Origin: Terriglobia bacterium
GTDB taxonomy: Bacteria > Acidobacteriota > Terriglobia > Acidiferrales > UBA7541
Direction: 5' to 3'
Assembly: GCA_963695545.1 (NCBI GenBank)
Contig: OY968796.1
Coordinates: forward strand, 3,520,001-3,584,000
DNA: 64,000 bases
The notes under the pieces: generated by a model
Database searches by the model: none
What the model saw: the letters and a program-made list of their open reading frames with translations, nothing else
Told to the model about the DNA's origin: nothing
Translations under genes and position numbers: made by a program
Shown here: positions 40,806-51,868 of the stretch, in pieces
Layout: every line of letters begins with the position of its first letter
How positions within the stretch are numbered: the stretch's first letter is position 1

Positions 40806-43800
40806 CTAATCCGCGCTGGACGCCTGGCGCGTGCCGGTTGACTTACGCGCGTGCAGCACTTGAAGCGCGGTCACGTCGAGCGACTTTTCAATCAGCGCGC
40901 GAATGCCCTGGGTGGCCGCGCGCGCGGCGGACAACGTGGTGATGCACGGGATGTCGTAGCGAATCGCGGCGCGGCGGATCGATTTTTCGTCGTAAAACGA
41001 TTCGCGGCCCAGCGGCGTATTGATGATCAAATCCACTTTGCCGGTCTTCACCAGGTCCACGATGTTCGGGCGGCCTTCGTTCACTTTGTAGACTGGACTG
41101 GCTTCCACACCCGCGGCTTCAAGCGCAGCGGCCGTTCCGCGCGTGGCGATGATCTGAAATCCAAGCTCGACCAACTCTTTCGCCAGCGGCACGGCGTGGC
41201 GCTTTTCGTGGTCGCTAACGCTCAGGAAGATCGTGCCCTTGCGCGGCAATTTTTGGCCCGCCGCAATCTGCGCCTTGGCAAACGCGTGGCCGAACGTTTT
41301 GGCGATGCCCATCACTTCGCCGGTCGAACGCATTTCCGGGCCGAGAATTGTGTCCACGCCGCGGAATTTGCTGAACGGGAAAACGGGTGACTTCACGGCG
41401 AAGAAATCGCGCACCACGAGCTCCGCGACGCCGTCGGTTTCAATCACCGGCAAATTCAGATCGCGCAGACGCTTGCCGGTCATCAGTCGCGCGGCCATTT
41501 TCGCAAGCGGCACGCCGACCGCCTTGCTCACGTACGGCACCGTGCGCGAGGCGCGCGGATTCACTTCGAGCACGTAGACCGTGTCGCGCTGTACGGCGTA
41601 CTGCACGTTCATCAACCCGACGACATGCAATTCTTTCGCGAGTCGCTTGGTGTAATCGCGTATGCGCGCCAGCACCGAAATCGATAGGCTCACGGACGGC
41701 AACACACAAGAAGAGTCGCCGGAATGCACACCGGCCTCCTCGATGTGCTCCATGATGCCGCCGATAACCACGTCTTCGCCGTCGGCCAGTGCGTCCACGT
41801 CCACCTCGGTGGCTTCTTCAAGGAATTGATCGATCAGCACGGGCCGCGCCGGCCCCATCAGCGCCGCCTGCGCCACGTACTGCTGCACAGTATTGAGATC
41901 GTAAGCGATCACCATGGCGCGGCCCCCGAGCACATAGCTCGGACGAACCAAAACCGGAAGGCCGATTTCACCCGCCACGCGCGCGGCCTCCTCCGGCACC
42001 AGAGCCGTGGCGTTGCGCGGCTGCGGAATCTTCAGGCGCGTCAAAAGATGCGCGAAACGTTTTCTGTCTTCAGCCAATTCGATCGATTCGGGCGCCGTTC
42101 CGATGATCGGCGCGCCGTTGCGCTTGAGCTCGAGCGCGAGATTCAGCGGAGTCTGCCCGCCGAACTGCACGATCACGCCGTCCGGTTTTTCGCGATCGAT
42201 CACGGCGAGCACGTCTTCGAGCGTCAGCGGCTCGAAGTAAAGGCGATCGGAAGTGTCGTAATCGGTCGAGACGGTCTCCGGGTTGCAATTGATCATGATC
42301 GTCTCGAAACCATCTTCGCGCAGCGCGAACGACGCATGGCAGCAGCAATAATCGAATTCGATTCCCTGCCCGATGCGATTGGGTCCGCTGCCCAGAATCA
42401 CGATCTTGCGTTTGTCGTTCGGATCGGATTCGTCTTCCTGCTCGTAGGTCGAGTACATGTACGGCGTGTAGGACTCAAATTCCGCGGCGCAAGTATCCAC
42501 GCGTTTGAAAACGGGAGCGAGGCGCGCTTTCGTTCGCTCGTGGCGAACCGCCGCAGCCGTGGTCTTCCAAATTTGCGCGAGTTGCTCGTCGCTCGTGCCG
42601 TTGCGCTTGGCCTCGCGCAGCAGTTCCTCGGGCACCGTGTCCACAGTGACGGCCGCGAGCCGGCGATTCAGGCTGGCGATTTCTTCCATCTGCCGGATGA
42701 ACCACGGATCGATCTTCGTCAGGTCGGCGGCTTCCGATGGCGGCAGGCCGCGCTCGAGCGCCAGCAGCAACCAATGAATGCGATCGGGGCGCGCGGTGGC
42801 CAGCTTCTCGCGGAACAGCGACATCGGAACTTCGGCCGGAGCGCGCCACGGCGAGCTCGGCTCAAGCGAGCGAATGGCCTTCTGCAGCGATTCTTTGAAC
42901 GTCCGGCCGATGGCCATGACTTCGCCCACCGACGCCATCTGCGTGCCGAGCGCAGTGTCCGCGCCGGGGAATTTTTCAAATTGAAATTTCGGAATTTTCA
43001 CCACGACGTAATCGATGGTCGGCTCGAAGCACGAAGGCGTCTTGCGGGTGATGTCATTGGGAATTTCATCGAGCGTGTAGCCTACGGCCAGGCGCGCCGC
43101 GATTTTCGCGATCGGAAATCCCGTGGCTTTCGATGCCAGCGCCGAGCTGCGCGAAACGCGCGGATTCATCTCAATCACCACCAGGCGCCCGGTCGCCGGA
43201 TCGACGGCGAACTGAATGTTCGATCCGCCGGTCTCCACGCCCACTTCGCGAATAATCGCGGCCGCGGCGTCGCGCATGCGCTGATATTCCTTGTCGGTCA
43301 GCGTCTGCGCCGGCGCGACGGTGATCGAATCGCCGGTGTGCACGCCCATGGGATCCACATTCTCAATCGTGCAAACCACAACGAAGTTGTCGCGGAAGTC
43401 GCGCATCACCTCGAGCTCAAATTCCTTCCAGCCCAGCACCGATTCTTCCACCAGCGCTTCATGCACCGGGCTCACATCGAGCGCGCGCGCAATCGCCTCC
43501 GCGAACTCCTCGCGGTTATACGCGATTGAGCCGCCCGTGCCGCCGAGCGTGAACGACGGGCGAATCACCACGGGATATCCCAATTGATCGGCCAGCCGAA
43601 GCGCGTCCGACACGTTATTGACCAGCGCCGACGCCGGAACGTCCAATCCAACTTTCCGGCAAGCGTCCTTGAACCACAGTCGATCTTCGGCCACCTTGAT
43701 CGCGCGCAGCGACGCGCCAATCAGCTCGACGTGATGGCGTTCCAGCACACCGCTTTCGGCCAGTTCGACGGCAAGATTTAGCGCCGTCTGTCCGCCCACG

Positions 43801-44066
43801 GTGGGCAACAACGCCTGCGGCTTCTCTTTTGCGATGATCGCTTCGAGCGACGCGCGCGTAAGCGGTTCGATGTAAGTGCGCTCGGCCAATTCCGGATCGG
43901 TCATGATCGTCGCCGGATTTGAATTCACCAGCACAACTTCGTATCCATCGGCGCGCAACGCCTTGCACGCCTGCGAGCCCGAATAATCGAACTCGCACGC
44001 CTGCCCGATCACAATCGGCCCAGAGCCGATGATCAATATTTTCTTAAGGTCGGTTCGCTTGGGCAT
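40806..44066 (-). CDS. carB: Carbamoyl-phosphate synthase large subunit
   Basis: [18 protein letters not shown]; two ATP-grasp halves; MGS domain. Confidence 0.99.
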   Translation of the reverse strand: MPKRTDLKKILIIGSGPIVIGQACEFDYSGSQACKALRADGYEVVLVNSNPATIMTDPELAERTYIEPLTRASLEAIIAKEKPQALLPTVGGQTALNLAVELAESGVLERHHVELIGASLRAIKVAEDRLWFKDACRKVGLDVPASALVNNVSDALRLADQLGYPVVIRPSFTLGGTGGSIAYNREEFAEAIARALDVSPVHEALVEESVLGWKEFELEVMRDFRDNFVVVCTIENVDPMGVHTGDSITVAPAQTLTDKEYQRMRDAAAAIIREVGVETGGSNIQFAVDPATGRLVVIEMNPRVSRSSALASKATGFPIAKIAARLAVGYTLDEIPNDITRKTPSCFEPTIDYVVVKIPKFQFEKFPGADTALGTQMASVGEVMAIGRTFKESLQKAIRSLEPSSPWRAPAEVPMSLFREKLATARPDRIHWLLLALERGLPPSEAADLTKIDPWFIRQMEEIASLNRRLAAVTVDTVPEELLREAKRNGTSDEQLAQIWKTTAAAVRHERTKARLAPVFKRVDTCAAEFESYTPYMYSTYEQEDESDPNDKRKIVILGSGPNRIGQGIEFDYCCCHASFALREDGFETIMINCNPETVSTDYDTSDRLYFEPLTLEDVLAVIDREKPDGVIVQFGGQTPLNLALELKRNGAPIIGTAPESIELAEDRKRFAHLLTRLKIPQPRNATALVPEEAARVAGEIGLPVLVRPSYVLGGRAMVIAYDLNTVQQYVAQAALMGPARPVLIDQFLEEATEVDVDALADGEDVVIGGIMEHIEEAGVHSGDSSCVLPSVSLSISVLARIRDYTKRLAKELHVVGLMNVQYAVQRDTVYVLEVNPRASRTVPYVSKAVGVPLAKMAARLMTGKRLRDLNLPVIETDGVAELVVRDFFAVKSPVFPFSKFRGVDTILGPEMRSTGEVMGIAKTFGHAFAKAQIAAGQKLPRKGTIFLSVSDHEKRHAVPLAKELVELGFQIIATRGTAAALEAAGVEASPVYKVNEGRPNIVDLVKTGKVDLIINTPLGRESFYDEKSIRRAAIRYDIPCITTLSAARAATQGIRALIEKSLDVTALQVLHARKSTGTRQASSAD

Positions 44067-44090
44067 GGTCAGTCGGCCACGCGCGCGCAA

Positions 44091-45314
44091 TCACGCGCGG
44101 GCATTGGTTGTCCCTTTCGCGGACGCGGGGCCGCGGCGCGAGGCGCCGGACGATTTCCAATCGGCCATCATCTTGGTGAATTGCGTGAACAAATAGCGCG
44201 AATCGTGCGGCCCGGGCGAAGCCTCGGGATGATACTGCACGGAAAATAGCGGCAGCGAGCGATGGCGCATGCCTTCGTTGGTCTGATCGTTCAAATTCAG
44301 GTGCGTGATTTCGACTTCGCTCGACGGCAGCGATTCCGGATCGACGACGAAACCATGGTTCTGCGCGGTAATCTCGACGCGCTCGCTCAAAAGATTCTTC
44401 ACTGGGTGGTTCGAGCCGTGGTGACCAAACTTCAGCTTGTAGGTCTTGCCGCCAAGCGCCAGCCCGCAAAGCTGATGCCCAAGGCAAATGCCGAACACCG
44501 GCACGCGCCCCACCAGTCCGCGAATCGATTCCACCGCGTACGTCGCAGGCTCGGGATCGCCCGGTCCGTTCGACAAAAACACGCCGTCTGGTTTACGCGC
44601 CAAAACGTCCGCGGCGGAAGTCTTCGCCGGCACGACCGTAACTTCACAATTGTGATCCACGAGCAACCGCAGAATGTTCTGCTTGATCCCGAAATCGTAC
44701 GCGACCACGCGAAAGCGCTGAGTTTCCTGCACGGTGCGATCCGGCTCAACGCCCTCGTGCCATGGAGACGCAGTGAGCTCGATCGAACCCTTCGACCACG
44801 CATACGCATCGCGGCAACTGACGCCCGAGGCGAGCTCGAGCCCCGCCATCGAAGGCAGCGCGCGCGCTTCGGCCACAAGTTTTTCCGCGGGAGTTCCGTC
44901 CGTCGAGACGATTCCGCGCATCGCGCCGGCGCTGCGCAAGTGGCGCACCAGCGCGCGTGTATCGAGTCCCCAGATCACCGGAATATTGTGGCGCGAAAGA
45001 TAAAGTTGCACGGATTCCGTGGATCGCCAATTCGAGGCCAGCGCCGAAAATTCGCGCACCACCAACCCTTCGATAAATGGGCGCGCGGATTCTTCGTCGT
45101 CCGCGTTCGCGCCCACGTTGCCGATTTCCGGATACGTGAGGCAAACGATTTGCCCCGCGTAACTCGGATCGGTGAAGACCTCCTGATAACCCGTCAGGCT
45201 GGTATTGAAGACGACTTCACCGCCGCGCCGCGTGCGCGCGCCCGCACCTTTACCCACGAATAGCCGCCCGTCCTCGAGCGCGAGGATCGCCGGCCATGCA
45301 GCCGAATCGCTCAG
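44091..45314 (-). CDS. carA: Carbamoyl-phosphate synthase small subunit (probable CTG start)
   Basis: GEVVFNT..GYQE, SNGPGDP, GICLGHQ, QYHPE; conserved ILALEDG lies upstream of the first GTG. Confidence 0.97.
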   Translation of the reverse strand: MSDSAAWPAILALEDGRLFVGKGAGARTRRGGEVVFNTSLTGYQEVFTDPSYAGQIVCLTYPEIGNVGANADDEESARPFIEGLVVREFSALASNWRSTESVQLYLSRHNIPVIWGLDTRALVRHLRSAGAMRGIVSTDGTPAEKLVAEARALPSMAGLELASGVSCRDAYAWSKGSIELTASPWHEGVEPDRTVQETQRFRVVAYDFGIKQNILRLLVDHNCEVTVVPAKTSAADVLARKPDGVFLSNGPGDPEPATYAVESIRGLVGRVPVFGICLGHQLCGLALGGKTYKLKFGHHGSNHPVKNLLSERVEITAQNHGFVVDPESLPSSEVEITHLNLNDQTNEGMRHRSLPLFSVQYHPEASPGPHDSRYLFTQFTKMMADWKSSGASRRGPASAKGTTNARA

Positions 45315-45330
45315 TGGGACCTCCCGTTGT

Positions 45331-45924
45331 TCATTTCGCCAAATCGTCCGAAGGCGGGATTGAGCCGAAGCGATCCATCGGCCAATACGCGAAGACGGCC
45401 TTGCCGTAAATCAGACTATCGGGCACCGGCCCGAAGATGCGGGAATCGCTCGAGCTTACGCGATGATCGCCCAACACGAAGTATTCGCCCTCGGGAATCT
45501 GGAACGGCCCGTAGTTGCCGAGATCGACGTACTGCGGCGGAACATAAGGCTCGCCCAGGTGCCGCCCGTCAACGAAAACGCGGCCGCGGCGAATCTCAAC
45601 CGATTCGCCAGGCAATCCGATCACGCGTTTGATGAACGATTTCGAGCGGTCCAGCGGATACCAGAACACCACCACGTCGCCGCGCCGGATCGGTTCGAAC
45701 CGATAAACAAACTTGTTGATGAAAACACGCTCTTGATCGGAAATCAGCGGCGCCATGCTCGTGCCTTCCACCCTCACCGGCTGATAGAAGAACACGACGA
45801 TGACCATCACCAGCGCAAGGAACACCACCAAATCGCGCGTCCACGCGCGCGCTTCGCGGCGCAATGGATGTGACGCGCGCGGTTCTTCGGGTGCGGCAAC
45901 AGTCGGCGGAGGTGCTGGGTCCAT
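45331..45924 (-). CDS. lepB: Signal peptidase I
   Basis: [33 protein letters not shown]. Confidence 0.95.
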   Translation of the reverse strand: MDPAPPPTVAAPEEPRASHPLRREARAWTRDLVVFLALVMVIVVFFYQPVRVEGTSMAPLISDQERVFINKFVYRFEPIRRGDVVVFWYPLDRSKSFIKRVIGLPGESVEIRRGRVFVDGRHLGEPYVPPQYVDLGNYGPFQIPEGEYFVLGDHRVSSSDSRIFGPVPDSLIYGKAVFAYWPMDRFGSIPPSDDLAK

Positions 45925-45997
45925 AATTTTCGGCGCTAATTAGTTATACCATGACGCGCCGTGCTGCGTCACGACGTGCGCGCCGCGCCAAAAAGAT

Positions 45998-46897
45998 TTA
46001 TTGACCGGAAGTTTTCTTCGCGGGAAACAACGAAAAATCGTGGGTCACGCCGAACGTCCAGCCGTACGAGGGATCGTACTGATAGATGCCTTTGATTGCG
46101 GCCACGTCCCACACGAATCCGCCGGCCGCCACATCCACACCCAGGCGCGCCTGCCCCCGGCTTTCGGTGCCGTAGAGCGCGCGCACGATTTTTCTCGGTG
46201 TGTAGCGTCCGTTCACTTCTCCCACCAAATGAACGCGCTCGCCCAGCGGATAGCGGAACGCCACGCCATAAAGTATCTCGTCGTTTTGGGAATACAATGC
46301 GCTGGGCGCCGTCATGATCTCAAGGCCGAGGTTGCCGAAGGTATCGAGCTCGCGGAAGTGACGCTCCCATTCGATGTCGCTATAGATGTCCGTCGCATTG
46401 TTTCCGATACCGCGCGTTTGATCTGAGTTCGGCATGATGAATCCGAAGCGCATGGCCATCGCAGGACGCCGTCGCCCTTCGCCAAAAAAGCGTGCCTTCG
46501 CGCTCATCGAGAAATCACCAACGTCGTGCGTCGAATCCGGCCCCGTCAGCTCAAGCGCCGGTACAAACGACGCGCCTTGTTCCTTAACGTCCAAGAATTC
46601 CTGCGCCACACCCGCGAGCTCCACTTCGACCGTGCCGCCAATTCCCAGCCGAACGTCCAGGTCGCCGACATTGGTCAGGTCACCCGAAAGCCCCGACAGT
46701 GGATACGAAATATTCTGGAGAAAATCGAAGCCGGTCTCTACCCGCACCGTCCCTGCAGGCACAACCTCGGCGTCGGGAGTCTGCAGCGGACGATCCTGCG
46801 CGGAAGCGCGATGCAGCGGAAGCAAAAGTGCGCCTGCCAGAAGCAGACTGACAGCGATGCGGCTGGGAGAGAGACTCAGCATCACGCTAATTGGCAT
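45998..46897 (-). CDS. Putative outer-membrane beta-barrel protein
   Basis: Signal peptide; alternating beta-strand pattern; aromatic residues near the C-terminus. Confidence 0.65.
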   Translation of the reverse strand: MPISVMLSLSPSRIAVSLLLAGALLLPLHRASAQDRPLQTPDAEVVPAGTVRVETGFDFLQNISYPLSGLSGDLTNVGDLDVRLGIGGTVEVELAGVAQEFLDVKEQGASFVPALELTGPDSTHDVGDFSMSAKARFFGEGRRRPAMAMRFGFIMPNSDQTRGIGNNATDIYSDIEWERHFRELDTFGNLGLEIMTAPSALYSQNDEILYGVAFRYPLGERVHLVGEVNGRYTPRKIVRALYGTESRGQARLGVDVAAGGFVWDVAAIKGIYQYDPSYGWTFGVTHDFSLFPAKKTSGQ

Positions 46898-46984
46898 GAT
46901 GCCGGTAGGCGTAAGCGGCGTCAAGCCCGCGTTACAGCGCTTCGGCTTCACGTTCGAGCGTCGCAGTCACTCGCTCGGGACTTT

Positions 46985-47728
46985 TCATCCCAGCGCAAAT
47001 ACGATCGCCGCAAGCGCAGCGCAAACCGCGGTCTCCGTGCGCAGAATATTTTCGCCGAGCGAAGCCTCGGCGAATCCGCATCCGGCCGCGGCCGCAAATT
47101 CCGCATCCGTCCATCCGCCTTCGGGCCCGATCGCGAGCGAAACCGCGCGCGGTGTGGCCCTCGATTCTTCGTCGCCCTCCACACGCACCGGAACCGCCAC
47201 GCGCAGGGGCGCCGCACCCGCGCGCTCAGAAAGCATGATTCGCAGACTGCGCGTGTCCACCGCGCGAAACGCTGCGAGCGGCGTAGCAACCGCAAGCAGC
47301 TCCGGCGCACGCATCCGCCGCGATTGCTGCGCCGATTCGTGCAGAATCCGCTCACAGCGCGGCGCGCGCTTCGGCGCGGCCGCCACAAGCGCGCGTTCGC
47401 TTCGCTCCGAATCGAGAGGAACAATTTCCGAAACGCCCAGCTCCGTGGCCTTCTCGAGCGCCCACTCGAATCGATCCATTTTCACGATCGAAAGCAGCAG
47501 GCGAATCGCCAGGCGCGGTTCCGCCGCCGGCAAGCGCTCAACCAGCGCAAAATCGATTCGCTCGCGCGCCACGCGCTCAACGCGCGCGAGCCACAATTCA
47601 CGGCCGTCGCTCAATTCGTAAAGATGTCCCGGCTCCGCCCGCAAAACTCGCGCCAAGTGCGCCGCGGATTCCCCGCGCAAGGCCGCTACATTTTCGGCAA
47701 ACCCATCGACAAAGAATCGTCGCCGCAT
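46985..47728 (-). CDS. rsmE: 16S rRNA m3U1498 methyltransferase
   Basis: HLARVLR, EKATELGV, IGPEGG, LGENILRTETA. Confidence 0.95.
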   Translation of the reverse strand: MRRRFFVDGFAENVAALRGESAAHLARVLRAEPGHLYELSDGRELWLARVERVARERIDFALVERLPAAEPRLAIRLLLSIVKMDRFEWALEKATELGVSEIVPLDSERSERALVAAAPKRAPRCERILHESAQQSRRMRAPELLAVATPLAAFRAVDTRSLRIMLSERAGAAPLRVAVPVRVEGDEESRATPRAVSLAIGPEGGWTDAEFAAAAGCGFAEASLGENILRTETAVCAALAAIVFALG

Positions 47729-47754
47729 AACGAGTATGTTATATCAACAAGACC

Positions 47755-48975
47755 ATGCGAATGCGCGGACCGGGCAGGAACAGATTTCGTTTTCTGGTTG
47801 CGTTGTCTCTCCTTGGATTTGTCATTTGCGCCGGCGCGCTTGCGCCCGCGGCGCGCGCCACACCTCCACTGCCCGCGGCTACACCAGTCATCGTGGATAC
47901 CGACGCCGGCACGGACGACCTGCTGGCTCTGGCATTTCTTTTGGCGCGGAAAGACGTGCACATCGAAGCCATCACCGTCGTCAACGGACTTGCACATGTT
48001 CCCAACGGAGCGGCGAATGTACTCGCGCTTCTGCAACTCGCGGGCCGCACTGACATTCCCGTGTATATGGGAAGCAGCGTGCCGCTCGCCGGCCACGCCG
48101 CGTTCCCCGCCGCCTGGCGCAAGATAGCCGACGAATTGCCGGGAGTGGATTTGCCAAAAACACAAGCGAAGCCACAAGCGCAATCGGCCGTTTCGTTTCT
48201 GGTGCGGCGCCTCTCCAATTCAAAACGCCCCGTGCGAATTCTAGCGCTTGGCCCGCTCACGAATCTTGGCGCCGTGCTGCGCCAGGAACCGTTTGCCGCG
48301 CAAAGCATCGAAGAAATCGTAATTATGGGCGGCGCCGTAAACGTGCCGGGTAATCTGGGCGATGGCGGCGTTTTCAAAACCGAAAACAAAACGGCCGAAT
48401 GGAATTTTTATATCGATCCGCTGGCGGCTTCCATCGTGTTCAGCTCGAAGGCCCCGATTCGCCTGATTCCGCTGGACGCGACGCAGCAGGTTCCGATTCA
48501 CGCGGATTTCGTCAAGACGCTGCAATCTGGAGGGAAAGGCACTCTCGAACAATTTGCGGCGCAAGTTCTCGCGGTCGACACGACTTCGATTCGCGAGGGA
48601 TATTTCTACGCATGGGATCCGCTGGCCGCGGTGGCGCTGGTGGATGTTGACGTCGTACGCGTCACGCCCATGGCGATCGAAATCGAGATGACCGGAAATG
48701 AGCAGGGCCGCAGCGTCGAGCTGCAAACTGGCGCGCCGAACGCGCGCGTCGCGCTCACGGCCGACGCGGCGCAATTCCGTCGCGAGTTCCTTGACGCGCT
48801 GGCCGCCGCGCCAGCAGCGAAGCAGCCGCCTCCAACTACTGCGCCAGCGGCAAAGGTGCCGCCAAGCACTGCGGCGCCGCCCGTAAACCCCGCCGCACCC
48901 GCGGCACCGGCGACTCCGGCGCCGCCAAAACCGGCGCAGGCCGCGCCCGCGGCACCGCCCAACGGCAAACCTTAA
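47755..48975 (+). CDS. Secreted inosine/uridine-preferring nucleoside hydrolase with Pro/Ala tail
   Basis: DTDAGTDD, LGPLTN, MGG, AEWNFYIDP, WDPLA. Confidence 0.9.
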   Translation: MRMRGPGRNRFRFLVALSLLGFVICAGALAPAARATPPLPAATPVIVDTDAGTDDLLALAFLLARKDVHIEAITVVNGLAHVPNGAANVLALLQLAGRTDIPVYMGSSVPLAGHAAFPAAWRKIADELPGVDLPKTQAKPQAQSAVSFLVRRLSNSKRPVRILALGPLTNLGAVLRQEPFAAQSIEEIVIMGGAVNVPGNLGDGGVFKTENKTAEWNFYIDPLAASIVFSSKAPIRLIPLDATQQVPIHADFVKTLQSGGKGTLEQFAAQVLAVDTTSIREGYFYAWDPLAAVALVDVDVVRVTPMAIEIEMTGNEQGRSVELQTGAPNARVALTADAAQFRREFLDALAAAPAAKQPPPTTAPAAKVPPSTAAPPVNPAAPAAPATPAPPKPAQAAPAAPPNGKP

Positions 48976-48999
48976 ATCGCTGCCAACACAGCCGAGGAT

Positions 49000-50145
49000 T
49001 TAGCCGAAGATGTCTTTGACTTTATCGAAGAAGGAAGTCTCGCGCTCGACGGGACGATTTTCCACTTGCAAGGTTTGGCCGAGTTGCTCGAGCAGGCGGC
49101 GCTGATCGCGCGTGAGCTTGGCCGGCGTGACCACGCGTACATTGACGTATAAATCTCCCTTGCCGCCGCCATGCGGATCGGGCAGGCCCTTCCCTTTCAG
49201 GCGAAAGATCGAACCGGTTTGCGTCGACTCCGGAATTTTGACGCGCTCTTCGCCCGCGAGGCCGGGCACGGTGATCTCCGCGCCGAGCGCGGCTTGAGCG
49301 ACGCTGATCGGAATCGTGCAATATAAATCCGCGTTGCGGCGTTCAAAGAAAGCGTGCTCGCGAACTTGCAGCACCACATACAAGTCGCCCGGCGGGCCGC
49401 CGTTCGGCCCGCGCTCGCCTTCGCCGGGAACGCGCAAGCGCGTTTCGGAATCGACGCCGGGCGGAATGCGCAATTCGATCATGCGCACGCGCTCCACGCG
49501 CCCTTCGCCGCGGCAGTCGGCGCATTTTTCGCGCACCACCTGGCCCGCGCCCTGGCACGCAGGACATGTGCGCGAGATGGCGAAGAATCCCTGCTGGTAA
49601 TGGAGCTGCCCTTTCCCGCCGCACTGCTGGCAAGCGGTCACGCCCGTGCCGGCCTTGGCTCCCGTGCCGTTGCATGCTTCGCAGAATTCCTGGCGCGGCA
49701 CGCGAACTTTCGTCGTCAGACCGGCGGCGGCTTCCTCAAAACTCAACTGCATGTCGTAGCGCAGGTCGGCGCCGCGCTGCGCGCGTCCTCGCGAGCGGCG
49801 GCTGCGGCCGGAGAAAATATCCTCGAAGCCGAAAAAATCTCCGCCGAAGATGTCCTGGAACTGCTCGAAGATCGATTCATTGATTCCGCCGTCAAAGCCG
49901 CCGGATGAAAGGCCGGCGTGGCCGTAGCGATCGTAAGCGGCGCGTTTGTTGCCGTCGGAAAGCACGCTATACGCTTCGGTGGCTTCGCGGAAACGCTCTT
50001 CAACGTCTTTCTTGTTGCCGGTGGCGTGGCGATCCGGGTGCCACTTGAGCGCGGCTTTGCGGTAGGCGGACTTCACCTCTTCCGCCGTGGCCGTGCGCGT
50101 GACGCTCAAAACCTCGTAGTAATCGCGTTTGTTCGTGGTCGCCAT
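49000..50145 (-). CDS. dnaJ: Chaperone DnaJ
   Basis: HPD J-domain; four CxxCxGxG repeats. Confidence 0.98.
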   Translation of the reverse strand: MATTNKRDYYEVLSVTRTATAEEVKSAYRKAALKWHPDRHATGNKKDVEERFREATEAYSVLSDGNKRAAYDRYGHAGLSSGGFDGGINESIFEQFQDIFGGDFFGFEDIFSGRSRRSRGRAQRGADLRYDMQLSFEEAAAGLTTKVRVPRQEFCEACNGTGAKAGTGVTACQQCGGKGQLHYQQGFFAISRTCPACQGAGQVVREKCADCRGEGRVERVRMIELRIPPGVDSETRLRVPGEGERGPNGGPPGDLYVVLQVREHAFFERRNADLYCTIPISVAQAALGAEITVPGLAGEERVKIPESTQTGSIFRLKGKGLPDPHGGGKGDLYVNVRVVTPAKLTRDQRRLLEQLGQTLQVENRPVERETSFFDKVKDIFG

Positions 50146-50151
50146 GAATCG

Positions 50152-50748
50152 CTAGTTCGCCTTCTTCGCAGAGTGCAAACGTCCGCCGGGAACATCTTCG
50201 GCGGGATGCACCGCTACGCGCACGCCGCTCGGCCGCAGCACGCGATCGTGAATGCGATAGCCCTGCTGCAGAACTTCGACGACCGTGCCGTCGGGGTGGT
50301 CGCGCGTTTCCACGCGATCAATCGCCAGATGAATGTGCGGATCGAACGGTTTCCCCGCGGCATCGATGCGCTCGAGACCATGCCGCGCGAGCGTGTCCCA
50401 CAGCTGCTTGTAAATTATTTCGAGGCCTTTGCGATATTCCTCGTAGGCCGGATCGTCGTGCGCGCTCAGGGCACGCTCGAATCCATCGAGCACGGGCAGC
50501 AGATCTTCGATCAGGCGCGATTGCGCGCGGCGGCTCTCGTCTTTGCGCTCGCGCTCGATGCGCTTGCGATAATTCTCGAAATCGGCCTGGCGGCGAACCA
50601 ACGTCTCTGTGAGCGCGTCTCTTTCGGCTTGCAGCTTCGCGAGTTCTTCGGCCTGCGCGTTCAGCGCGCCAGACGATGAAGCGGCTTCGGGTCGCAAGTC
50701 CTCGCCGTCGTCCGGATTTTGGTTTGGTCTATCGCCGCGTTCGTTCAT
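50152..50748 (-). CDS. grpE: Nucleotide exchange factor GrpE
   Basis: ADFENYRKR, FDPHIH, GY...RVLRP. Confidence 0.97.
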   Translation of the reverse strand: MNERGDRPNQNPDDGEDLRPEAASSSGALNAQAEELAKLQAERDALTETLVRRQADFENYRKRIERERKDESRRAQSRLIEDLLPVLDGFERALSAHDDPAYEEYRKGLEIIYKQLWDTLARHGLERIDAAGKPFDPHIHLAIDRVETRDHPDGTVVEVLQQGYRIHDRVLRPSGVRVAVHPAEDVPGGRLHSAKKAN

Positions 50749-50754
50749 AAGTTA

Positions 50755-51798
50755 TCAGCTCCTGCCCGCGCTTTCACTAAACAACCGCGCCACGTAAGCG
50801 ACGGCGGTGATGGCGCGCTCATAATGCATGCGCACGGGACCCAGAACTCCGAGCGAGCCCTGCGCTTGATCGTGCCAGGCGTAGGGCGCGCTGATCAGCG
50901 TGAGTTGCCCGCCGCCCGTGCTGATTCCGGGCACTCCGATTTGAACTTGCACGGCTTCCGGCGCGTCAATGCAGCCGGAAAGCAGCGCCACCAATTTTTC
51001 GCGCTCTTCAATCGCGGCAAGCATTTCGCGCAATTGCGCTTGATCGGCAAAATTCGGGGCGGCGGCCATCTGCGCCGCGCCCTCCACGTGCACTTGCGGC
51101 GCTTCGTTTTCGCCAAGAAGCCGCGGATCGCACAACTCGAGCGCATTGCGCACCAATTGATCGTAGCGCTCCTGCTCGCGCGCGAGTCGCGCCAATAAAT
51201 CGGCGCGAATGGTGACGAGCGTGCGTCCGGCGTATTCGCGATTCAGGTATTCGGCCGTGCGGTCGAGATCAGCCTGAGAAAACGCGCGCGTCGGGCGAAT
51301 AATTTTGTCGCGGGCCACGCCCCCCGCGGAAACCAGCACCGTCACCACGCGCCCATCCGGCAAGAGCATGAAGCGAATGTGTTCGAGCACCGATTTCGCA
51401 AGCGACGGCGAAACGATGATACCCAGTCCGCGCGACATGGACGCAAGCACATGCCCGGCTCGTTCGGCGACTTCCGCCGGCGTGGTACCGAGCGCAAGCT
51501 CCGAGCGGATCCAAGCTTGATCCTCGGGGTCGAGCTTGGCTTCGGCCGAAACAACCTGCGCGAAATAGCGGTAGCCCGCCGCGGTCGGCACGCGCCCCGC
51601 GGAAGTGTGCGGCTGATACAGAAAGCCTTCCTCTTCGAGCTCGGCCATGGCGTTGCGCACTGAAGCGGGGCTCAATGATTCCGGATGGTTCTGCGCGATG
51701 GCGCGCGAGGAAACCGGCTGCCCGCCCTCGATATAGGCGTGGACCACCGCCGTCAAAATCTGCTGTTTTCGCTTCGAGCTGGGCGCTGTTGAATCCAT
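50755..51798 (-). CDS. hrcA: Heat-inducible transcription repressor HrcA
   Basis: SPASVRNAMAELEEEG, QPHTSAGRVPT, GVLGPVRMHY. Confidence 0.97.
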   Translation of the reverse strand: MDSTAPSSKRKQQILTAVVHAYIEGGQPVSSRAIAQNHPESLSPASVRNAMAELEEEGFLYQPHTSAGRVPTAAGYRYFAQVVSAEAKLDPEDQAWIRSELALGTTPAEVAERAGHVLASMSRGLGIIVSPSLAKSVLEHIRFMLLPDGRVVTVLVSAGGVARDKIIRPTRAFSQADLDRTAEYLNREYAGRTLVTIRADLLARLAREQERYDQLVRNALELCDPRLLGENEAPQVHVEGAAQMAAAPNFADQAQLREMLAAIEEREKLVALLSGCIDAPEAVQVQIGVPGISTGGGQLTLISAPYAWHDQAQGSLGVLGPVRMHYERAITAVAYVARLFSESAGRS

Positions 51799-51868
51799 GT
51801 TGTTCAGCCGGCAAACACCGCTACATTTATTCTAGCATTGTTGTAAAGAGCTTGAGCGCGACGAGCCA

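Noticed and set aside
41724..43529. Long antisense ORFs (e.g. 41724-43529, 53994-55607, 61053-62666, 46526-48127)
   Set aside because: Shadow frames of high-GC genes on the opposite strand; no motifs
51799..51868. CIRCE element upstream of hrcA
   Set aside because: Only TAGCA, belonging to an extended -10 (TGCTAGAAT, minus strand); no inverted repeat
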